6,148 bases of DNA from a virus (lineage: Duplodnaviria > Heunggongvirae > Uroviricota > Caudoviricetes), in IMG/VR virus record IMGVR_UViG_2675903606_000015; one strand, 5' to 3'. The translations under genes and the position numbers were made by a program. This document shows positions 1 to 5,876 of the stretch, piece by piece. How positions within the stretch are numbered: the first letter of the stretch is position 1; every line of letters begins with the position of its first letter. The notes below the pieces were generated by a model. The model was not told the DNA's origin, did not search any database, and saw only the letters and a program-made list of their open reading frames with translations.

Positions 1-79
1 CGACGGTCGCCGGTTCGGTGACGCTTAATTCATTAAACACCACTCTGGCGGTTTCGGTCATATCCTGCTGTTTTAGCAT
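1..79 (-). CDS. Partial ORF (first 26 codons, runs off the left edge); hypothetical first gene downstream of the Q terminator
   Basis: Minus-strand ATG at 79..77 (second in-frame ATG at 61..59) is open to position 1: MLKQQDMTETARVVFNELSVTEPATV. It lies ~120 bp downstream of the tR'-like hairpin. Absent from the ORF track only because it is short. No family recognised. Confidence 0.3.
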   Translation of the reverse strand, partial: MLKQQDMTETARVVFNELSVTEPATV

Positions 80-202
80 GCCTTTTTCCCTTTTCCGGTT
101 AACGTGACACACCAATAACTCTTGTCGAAAAAGCCAGCAAGCTGAAAGAACGGTATTAATAACCACCAGCGAATTTATTGCGCTGCTGTATATTACGGAC
201 AC

Positions 203-223
203 AAAAAAACCACCTTCCGGTGG
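203..223 (-). terminator. Rho-independent terminator downstream of Q (tR'-like position)
   Basis: On the minus strand, CCACC-GGAA-GGTGG hairpin (plus 210-223) followed directly by a T7 run (plus 203-209). The plus-strand version lacks a U-tract, so it is unidirectional. About 100 nt downstream of the Q stop. Confidence 0.5.
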
Positions 224-320
224 CTTCCTTGTGCGAAAAAACTTGCATTTCGCCTCGCGATACAGCTTTGCGAAGCTTACAGGAATTCAAGCTGTTTCTG
301 CGTAAAAAAGCAAGCTTTTT

Positions 321-863
321 TTATCGAAATGAATCGTGCATAGGTACATAAAGCATGTGTTCAGCCACGGCTAACCAACCTGCAATACGTTTCTCACATG
401 TGCTGAAACACCATTCCGGGTGAGTACGATTTAAACATTCTGCCATTTTTCTCTTACTCATTCCCCGTCCTTCGTACCTTTGCCGGAGAATATTGATTAG
501 CCCGGGATATTCCCCAAGCACCTCACTGATAACGCGATCAATAATCAACGCCTCTGTGTCTGTACAATGTGACAACCAGCTCTTCTGCTTCCCTCTGGTC
601 ATATCCCGAAAAAATGCCTCAAGTTCCGGTTTTTCCAGCCCGGATTTCTTCATGCTGCGTAAAACCTCATTAACTGCTGTTTTCGTCAGCCTTTTCGAAA
701 CCAGTAACCGGTTAAACATATTTCCGGATTTACCCCCACCGATATACGACCACCGCCCCCACATCCGTAATTTCCCCTGGATCCAGACTGCTTCCAGCGT
801 GTTCAGGCGTAAATGTTCGCCGCTTTTGCCTGTAATTTCCGGATATATCATATTTACGCTCAC
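321..863 (-). CDS. Late-gene antiterminator Q-like protein (phage 82/QuuD-like family suspected), 180 aa
   Basis: Intact 180-aa ORF. GTG start at 863 overlaps the rusA stop (GTGA); alternative ATG at 851. Position immediately downstream of rusA and upstream of a terminator is canonical for Q. WG-W motif near the N-terminus and a C-terminal Cys cluster. Family assignment from memory only. Confidence 0.6.
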   Translation of the reverse strand: MSVNMIYPEITGKSGEHLRLNTLEAVWIQGKLRMWGRWSYIGGGKSGNMFNRLLVSKRLTKTAVNEVLRSMKKSGLEKPELEAFFRDMTRGKQKSWLSHCTDTEALIIDRVISEVLGEYPGLINILRQRYEGRGMSKRKMAECLNRTHPEWCFSTCEKRIAGWLAVAEHMLYVPMHDSFR

Positions 864-1219
864 TCACTCTCAATTTTGTAAATCTTCACACCCAGCCGTC
901 CACCAGATACTGGCTGACCACGTACAATATTGATTTCATCAAACTGCTCGTCATCAATGAGCACTCCCGCATGCGTCAGCGCATCCAGCGGTGCTTTCAG
1001 AATATTGTCCAGGTCACGACGACGCTTATCCGGTGGCTCTGCAATAATTTTTATTGCCAGCCGTCCGGACAGGCTTAATTTCAGTCGCTGCTGGCGAACA
1101 ATAAGCGCCACTGCCCGGCGATAACGCTCCCCGGCTTTTGATACAAAATATGTGCTGCCACGGCGTCGCCAGTAGGTGTTCACCGTCGGCGGGTAAGGTA
1201 AAACCAAATCTATGAGCAT
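860..1219 (-). CDS. rusA: RusA-family crossover junction endodeoxyribonuclease (Holliday junction resolvase), copy 1
   Basis: 119-aa ORF with LPYPPTVNTYWRRR and PDKRRRDLDNILKAPLDALTHAGVLIDDEQF motifs that align to E. coli RusA. Strong SD (AAGAGGTGA) 3 nt upstream of ATG at 1219. Confidence 0.85.
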   Translation of the reverse strand: MLIDLVLPYPPTVNTYWRRRGSTYFVSKAGERYRRAVALIVRQQRLKLSLSGRLAIKIIAEPPDKRRRDLDNILKAPLDALTHAGVLIDDEQFDEINIVRGQPVSGGRLGVKIYKIESE

Positions 1220-1231
1220 CAGTCACCTCTT

Positions 1232-2121
1232 TTACCCGAGCACGCCAGTCGCAAAGGCGTGATCAAGAAAACGAAAAATTAACTCAATCTGAGAGCCGTA
1301 CTTTTTCTCAAACTCCAGCGGGTCTGCATGAAGTTCGTTGTGGTGCTCCCGGCACAACGGTAACGTGAAAATATCGTGGGCCTTTGTCCCCATTCCCCCC
1401 TGACCATGACCAATCAGGTGATGCGGATCGTCAGCAGGCTTACCACAACACGCACACGGCTGTGTCTTTACCCAGCGCGTGTATTTCTCGTTAACCCAGC
1501 GGCGACGTTTAGGTCGTTTCATGAAAGATTCCGGAGACTCAGGATCAACGGCAATGCTGACCACCGTCTTTTCCTGTGGTGGGTTCTGTTGCTGGTGGGC
1601 GTGAGGCAGCGGCGCAAGATTTTTTGTGCGCTGTTTCAGTATGCTGGTGGCGGTCTGCTCTCCCGGCACGATGTCGCTTTCACGGTACATTGAGCGGATT
1701 TTTTCCGCACGCAACCCCAGCGAACGACGTAATACCGCTTCCGGTAGCGCGTCCGCCACCTGATTGCGGACCGCCCACCAGGATAATTCAGCCAGAGATA
1801 ATTCACGCTCCTGCGTACCGCTTATTGCGTGACCGATGACGTCAATCATCCAGGCTGTCAGATTTTGTTGAGCAAGCTGCCCGAGTGATTCGGATGTCTG
1901 GTCGCGCAGCTGGTTGTCGCAGTGCCAGCACAACACCATTGCGCCGGTACCATAACGGTGAATGACGGTTTCGCTGTGATGATAATCGCCGTGTGGCCAC
2001 TGGCAGGATTTAATATGGCGCAACAGCCAGTCAGACAATGCACCAGCACCACCAGCAGCACGAATCACCCGTGCGTTACTGAAAAACGGCAGCAATGTTT
2101 TGTCTTCCACTAGCGGCTGGA
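1232..2121 (-). pseudogene. DUF968 (YdfU-like) gene, 5'-truncated copy lacking about the first 53 codons
   Basis: Matches the C-terminal ~296 codons of the full copy at 2630..3679. Homology ends abruptly at 2121, where sequence switches to Q-internal sequence. The track ORF 1232..2137 uses a fortuitous GTG inside the Q fragment with no convincing SD. Stop TAA at 1234..1232. Confidence 0.6.
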
Positions 2122-2261
2122 CCGGATTTACCCCCACCGATATACGACCACCGCCCCCACATCCGTAATTTCCCCTGGATCCAGACTGCTTCCAGCGTGT
2201 TCAGGCGTAAATGTTCGCCGCTTTTGCCTGTAATTTCCGGATATATCATATTTACGCTCAC
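2122..2261 (-). pseudogene. Q-like antiterminator 5' fragment (first 47 codons only)
   Basis: Identical to 724..863. Reading frame runs past the junction at 2121 into out-of-frame DUF968 sequence and stops at 2076 (track ORF 2076..2261, 61 aa). Confidence 0.7.
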
Positions 2262-2617
2262 TCACTCTCAATTTTGTAAATCTTCACACCCAGCCGTCCA
2301 CCAGATACTGGCTGACCACGTACAATATTGATTTCATCAAACTGCTCGTCATCAATGAGCACTCCCGCATGCGTCAGCGCATCCAGCGGTGCTTTCAGAA
2401 TATTGTCCAGGTCACGACGACGCTTATCCGGTGGCTCTGCAATAATTTTTATTGCCAGCCGTCCGGACAGGCTTAATTTCAGTCGCTGCTGGCGAACAAT
2501 AAGCGCCACTGCCCGGCGATAACGCTCCCCGGCTTTTGATACAAAATATGTGCTGCCACGGCGTCGCCAGTAAGTGTTCACCGTCGGCGGGTAAGGTAAA
2601 ACCAAATCTATGAGCAT
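2258..2617 (-). CDS. rusA: RusA-family Holliday junction resolvase, copy 2 (intact)
   Basis: Protein identical to copy 1. One synonymous nucleotide difference (2573 A vs 1175 G). Same SD. Confidence 0.85.
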   Translation of the reverse strand: MLIDLVLPYPPTVNTYWRRRGSTYFVSKAGERYRRAVALIVRQQRLKLSLSGRLAIKIIAEPPDKRRRDLDNILKAPLDALTHAGVLIDDEQFDEINIVRGQPVSGGRLGVKIYKIESE

Positions 2618-2629
2618 CAGTCACCTCTT

Positions 2630-3679
2630 TTACCCGAGCACGCCAGTCGCAAAGGCGTGATCAAGAAAACGAAAAATTAACTCAATCTGAGAGCCGTACT
2701 TTTTCTCAAACTCCAGCGGGTCTGCATGAAGTTCGTTGTGGTGCTCCCGGCACAACGGTAACGTGAAAATATCGTGGGCCTTTGTCCCCATTCCCCCCTG
2801 ACCATGACCAATCAGGTGATGCGGATCGTCAGCAGGCTTACCACAACACGCACACGGCTGTGTCTTTACCCAGCGCGTGTATTTCTCATTTACCCAGCGG
2901 CGACGTTTAGGTCGTTTCATGAAGGATTCCGGAGACTCCGGATCAACGGCAATGCTGACCACCGTCTTTTCCTGTGGTGGGTTCTGTTGCTGGTGGGTGT
3001 GAGACGGTAGCGCAATATTTTTTGTGCGCTGCTTCAGTATGCTGGTGGCGGTCTGTTCTCCCGGTATGATGTCGCTTTCACGGTATACGGAGCGGATTTT
3101 TTCCGCTGGTAATCCCAGCGAACGACGCGCTACTGCCTCAGGTAGTGCATCCACCACCTGATTGCAGGCCGCCCACCAGGATAATTCGGCCAGCGATAAC
3201 TCCCTCTCCTGCGTACCGCTTATTGCGTGACGGATGACATCAATCATCCAAGCAACCAGATTCTGCTGAGCAAGTTGATCGAGTGATTCTGATGTCTGGT
3301 CGCGCAGCTGGTTGTCACAGTGCCAGCACAACACCATTGCGCCGGTACCATAACGGTGAATGACGGTTTCGCTGTGATGATAATCGCCGTGTGGCCACTG
3401 GCAGGATTTAATATGGCGCAACAGCCAGTCAGACAATGCACCAGCACCACCAGCAGCACGAATCACCCGTGCGTTACTGAAAAACGGCAGCAATGTTTTG
3501 TCTTCCACTAGCGGCTGGCGAACGGCAGGAACAACCCCGGACGGCAGATTACGCATGCTTTTCGGTTCCGGCTCCACCAGTACCCGGGTATTGTGGAATA
3601 CCGGCATGGATTCACGGCCCGGCTTAACGATCACCAGCCCGAGTTCCGGTACCAGAACAGGTCGAAGTAATACCCGCAC
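2630..3679 (-). CDS. DUF968 (YdfU-like) protein, full length 349 aa, with C-terminal Cys/His-rich HNH-like zinc-finger motif
   Basis: GTG start at 3679 preceded by GGAGGT SD. C-terminus CACCGKPADDPHHLIGHGQ...LCREHHNELH. Length matches E. coli YdfU (349 aa, from memory). This is the only copy with both N- and C-terminal parts. Confidence 0.7.
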   Translation of the reverse strand: MRVLLRPVLVPELGLVIVKPGRESMPVFHNTRVLVEPEPKSMRNLPSGVVPAVRQPLVEDKTLLPFFSNARVIRAAGGAGALSDWLLRHIKSCQWPHGDYHHSETVIHRYGTGAMVLCWHCDNQLRDQTSESLDQLAQQNLVAWMIDVIRHAISGTQERELSLAELSWWAACNQVVDALPEAVARRSLGLPAEKIRSVYRESDIIPGEQTATSILKQRTKNIALPSHTHQQQNPPQEKTVVSIAVDPESPESFMKRPKRRRWVNEKYTRWVKTQPCACCGKPADDPHHLIGHGQGGMGTKAHDIFTLPLCREHHNELHADPLEFEKKYGSQIELIFRFLDHAFATGVLG

Positions 3680-3680
3680 G

Positions 3681-3892
3681 TTACCTCCAGATGCGTTGCT
3701 GGAATGTGCGGGACGGACGCGGCGGGCGTTCGGAATAAAGGAGCCTGACGTAGATTATCCAGTGACGGTAGTCGAGGCTAAGGGCTTTCTTAAACTCATA
3801 CCCACGTCTGCGGTAGTTATGAATCAGCCATTCGGCCTGTTCTTCAGTGCAGGGATCGTGCTGATACCAGTCATATTTGAATGTGTGAGAAA
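3681..3892 (-). pseudogene. 3' fragment (about 70 C-terminal codons) of the 108-aa hypothetical gene
   Basis: Identical to 4697..4908. Loses homology at the 3892|3893 junction. No start codon of its own. Contains the SD for the downstream DUF968 copy. Confidence 0.6.
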
Positions 3893-4695
3893 GTGTATTT
3901 CTCGTTAACCCAGCGGCGACGTTTAGGTCGTTTCATGAAAGATTCCGGAGACTCAGGATCAACGGCAATGCTGACCACCGTCTTTTCCTGTGGTGGGTTC
4001 TGTTGCTGGTGGGCGTGAGGCAGCGGCGCAAGATTTTTTGTGCGCTGTTTCAGTATGCTGGTGGCGGTCTGCTCTCCCGGCACGATGTCGCTTTCACGGT
4101 ACATTGAGCGGATTTTTTCCGCACGCAACCCCAGCGAACGACGTAATACCGCTTCCGGTAGCGCGTCCGCCACCTGATTGCGGACCGCCCACCAGGATAA
4201 TTCAGCCAGAGATAATTCACGCTCCTGCGTACCGCTTATTGCGTGACCGATGACGTCAATCATCCAGGCTGTCAGATTTTGTTGAGCAAGCTGCCCGAGT
4301 GATTCGGATGTCTGGTCGCGCAGCTGGTTGTCGCAGTGCCAGCACAACACCATTGCGCCGGTACCATAACGGTGAATGACGGTTTCGCTGTGATGATAAT
4401 CGCCGTGTGGCCACTGGCAGGATTTAATATGGCGCAACAGCCAGTCAGACAATGCACCAGCACCACCAGCAGCACGAATCACCCGTGCGTTACTGAAAAA
4501 CGGCAGCAATGTTTTGTCTTCCACTAGCGGCTGGCGAACGGCAGGAACAACCCCGGACGGCAGATTACGCATGCTTTTCGGTTCCGGCTCCACCAGTACC
4601 CGGGTATTGTGGAATACCGGCATGGATTCACGGCCCGGCTTAACGATCACCAGCCCAAGTTCCGGTACCAGAACAGGTCGAAGTAATACCCGCAC
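3893..4695 (-). pseudogene. DUF968 (YdfU-like) gene, 3'-truncated copy (N-terminal 268 codons, lacks the Cys/His domain)
   Basis: GTG start at 4695 with GGAGGT SD. Identical to the copy-1 allele over the shared region. After codon ~268 the frame enters the out-of-frame 108-aa gene fragment and stops at 3871 (track ORF 3871..4695, 274 aa ending FSHIQI). Confidence 0.6.
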
Positions 4696-4696
4696 G

Positions 4697-5023
4697 TTAC
4701 CTCCAGATGCGTTGCTGGAATGTGCGGGACGGACGCGGCGGGCGTTCGGAATAAAGGAGCCTGACGTAGATTATCCAGTGACGGTAGTCGAGGCTAAGGG
4801 CTTTCTTAAACTCATACCCACGTCTGCGGTAGTTATGAATCAGCCATTCGGCCTGTTCTTCAGTGCAGGGATCGTGCTGATACCAGTCATATTTGAATGT
4901 GTGAGAATACCGCCCTTGCCTGCTGGCAGGGGCGATATCAGAATTGTGATGTTTGGTATTGTGCGCCATCGGTTTTCTCTGCTGGCGCAGCAGGTGCCAG
5001 TTGTTCAAGCTGGCGTGCGGCAA
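4697..5023 (-). CDS. Hypothetical phage protein (108 aa from TTG at 5023; about 90 aa if started at ATG 4969), translationally coupled to DUF968
   Basis: Its TAA stop (4699..4697) is one base from the GTG start of DUF968, and the DUF968 SD lies in its last codons. Protein is basic and Trp/Tyr-rich (KYDWYQHDPCTEEQAEWLIHNYRRRGYEF). No family recognised. Confidence 0.45.
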   Translation of the reverse strand: MPHASLNNWHLLRQQRKPMAHNTKHHNSDIAPASRQGRYSHTFKYDWYQHDPCTEEQAEWLIHNYRRRGYEFKKALSLDYRHWIIYVRLLYSERPPRPSRTFQQRIWR

Positions 5024-5038
5024 TATTGTCTCTGATTT

Positions 5039-5069
5039 CTGTTGTCGTCAACAGGCAACGTGCTATCAT
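5039..5069 (+). promoter_or_regulatory. Candidate parDE promoter with overlapping palindromic operator
   Basis: Perfect inverted repeat CTGTTG-N4-CAACAG at 5039-5054 overlaps a -35-like TTGTCG (5042-5047). 16-bp spacer, then -10-like TATCAT (5064-5069), about 35 bp upstream of the parD ATG. On the other strand the same palindrome contains TTGACG, a possible -35 for the divergent phage operon. Confidence 0.3.
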
Positions 5070-5104
5070 CGAATGGTGTTCTATCCTACTCCGTGAGGTT
5101 TACC

Positions 5105-5362
5105 ATGCGTACAACCCAACAATTCAGCATTACATTAACTAACGAAATGGCTGACATGGTGCGCGCCCGTGTGGCTTCCGGTGCCTATGCTTCAGAAAGC
5201 GAGGTCATTCGTGAAGGGCTTCGCGCACTGAATGAGCGCGATAAAGCAATCGAAGCGTGGTTAACGCATTCAGCCGCCCCCTCTCTTGATTCTATCCGCG
5301 AAAACCCAAACAACGGACGCTCCATTTCACAGGTTCGCGCCGCGATTCGATCCGGGAAGTAA
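5105..5362 (+). CDS. parD: ParD-type (COG3609-like, ribbon-helix-helix) type II antitoxin, 85 aa
   Basis: ATG at 5105 with GAGG 8 nt upstream; the track ORF start at 5042 would lie inside the promoter/operator. Sequence VRARVASGAYASESEVIREGLRALNERDKAIEAWL matches the conserved ParD/CopG-like core. Stop is 5 nt before the toxin ATG. Confidence 0.7.
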   Translation: MRTTQQFSITLTNEMADMVRARVASGAYASESEVIREGLRALNERDKAIEAWLTHSAAPSLDSIRENPNNGRSISQVRAAIRSGK

Positions 5363-5367
5363 TCTGC

Positions 5368-5667
5368 ATGACATATGAAGTCATCATTACTCCTGAGGCC
5401 GAACAACAAATAATCAACCTGCACAGGTATATAACGGAGAAAGCAGGGAACGTCATTGCTGACAATTATGCCAATGCGCTTCTTGATTATCTTGATGGGT
5501 TTTCTACATTCCCGCATCGGGGCAATAAACGCGATGATATTCGCCAGGGGATGCGGGTAACTCATTTCCGCCACAGAACGATTATTGCTTTTGCCGTTGA
5601 TAGCAGAAAAGTCTTTATTGTCGGTATCTATCATGGTGGGCAAAGTTATGAAACCGATTTCTTATAA
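5368..5667 (+). CDS. parE: ParE/RelE-superfamily type II toxin, 99 aa
   Basis: Small basic protein directly downstream of the RHH antitoxin. C-terminal FPHRGNKRDDIRQGMRVTHFRHRTIIAFAVDSRKVFIVGIYHGGQSY resembles the ParE fold signature. Classic antitoxin-then-toxin operon order. Confidence 0.7.
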   Translation: MTYEVIITPEAEQQIINLHRYITEKAGNVIADNYANALLDYLDGFSTFPHRGNKRDDIRQGMRVTHFRHRTIIAFAVDSRKVFIVGIYHGGQSYETDFL

Positions 5668-5740
5668 ACTTTTACCCACATCATTCCGGTGTTAGAATTA
5701 ACCGTCCGCCCCCCTCTCTTACTGGCGGATTCGTAGGCTA

Positions 5741-5775
5741 TATAAATCAAAGATCCCGGCTCATGTTTATGTCGG
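5741..5775 (+). terminator. Intrinsic terminator after parE, possibly bidirectional
   Basis: Stem AGATCCCGGC (5741-5750) / GTCGGGATCT (5761-5770) with a 10-nt loop, followed by T6 (5770-5775). On the minus strand the same hairpin is followed by TTGATTTATATA, so it may also end the converging minus-strand ORFs. Confidence 0.6.
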
Positions 5776-5792
5776 GATCTTTTTTCGGCGAT

Positions 5793-5876
5793 TTATCCCC
5801 AGCGGCAAATCGAATACACCACCAGCGCCACCGCCATCGCAATTCCTACCGTTGTGAATGCTTCAGGCCAGGTCAT
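5793..5876 (-). CDS. 27-codon hydrophobic small ORF (predicted single-pass membrane peptide)
   Basis: MTWPEAFTTVGIAMAVALVVYSICRWG. Its ATG (5876..5874) overlaps the TGA stop of the upstream ORF (5875..5873) as ATGA. Ends with TAA at 5795..5793, just before the terminator. Not in the ORF track because it is short. Confidence 0.4.
   Translation of the reverse strand: MTWPEAFTTVGIAMAVALVVYSICRWG

Larger units (their letters stand above)
724..3519. repeat. Tandem direct duplication, 1398-bp unit (724-2121 and 2122-3519)
   Basis: Position-by-position identity at offset 1398 outside a divergent patch at 2888-3317, with a synonymous SNP at 1175/2573. Unit runs from inside Q to inside DUF968. Confidence 0.85.
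2877..4908. repeat. Tandem direct duplication, 1016-bp unit (2877-3892 and 3893-4908)
   Basis: Identity at offset 1016 outside the 2888-3317 patch, with a synonymous SNP at 3641/4657. Unit runs from inside DUF968 to inside the 108-aa gene. Confidence 0.85.

Noticed and set aside
304-321. AAAAAAG-CAAG-CTTTTTTT hairpin at the Q stop codon
   Set aside because: Stem is almost entirely A-T, so too weak to call a terminator with confidence; noted only as context.
493-933. 146-aa plus-strand ORF
   Set aside because: Antisense shadow of the Q-like gene and rusA. Low-complexity Ser/Pro/Leu-rich translation. It is repeated only as an N-terminally truncated copy at 2095..2331 because it lies partly inside the duplicated unit.
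930-1124. 64-aa plus-strand ORF (and its copy 2328..2522)
   Set aside because: Antisense to rusA; Ser/Arg-rich shadow ORF.
1026-1226. 66-aa minus-strand ORF (and its copy 2424..2624)
   Set aside because: Lies entirely within rusA in another frame; rusA has the clear homology and SD.
1376-2113. Plus-strand ORFs 1376..1693, 1576..1839, 1922..2113 and minus 1858..2061, with their duplicates in copies 2 and 3
   Set aside because: All are alternative-frame or antisense shadows of the DUF968 gene. They recur only because the underlying DNA is duplicated.
3498-3908. 136-aa plus-strand ORF (and 173-aa copy 4514..5035)
   Set aside because: Antisense to the DUF968 N-terminus and the 108-aa gene; Gly/Ser/Thr/Arg-rich, no SD; duplicated by the 1016-bp repeat.
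724-4908. Possibility that the repeats are a CRISPR array or IS/transposon copies
   Set aside because: Repeat units are 1.0-1.4 kb of protein-coding sequence in direct tandem, with no short repeat-spacer periodicity, no terminal inverted repeats and no transposase ORF.
5042-5104. Longer parD start at ATG 5042 (106 aa)
   Set aside because: That start sits inside the predicted promoter/operator and has no SD. ATG 5105 has a GAGG SD and gives a typical 85-aa RHH antitoxin.
5185-5643. 152-aa minus-strand ORF
   Set aside because: Antisense to the parD/parE pair, which has the recognisable family signatures and operon organisation.
5704-5730. GTCCGCC...GGCGGA inverted repeat downstream of parE
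   Set aside because: 6-bp stem with a 13-nt loop and no following U-tract; not convincing as a terminator or REP element.
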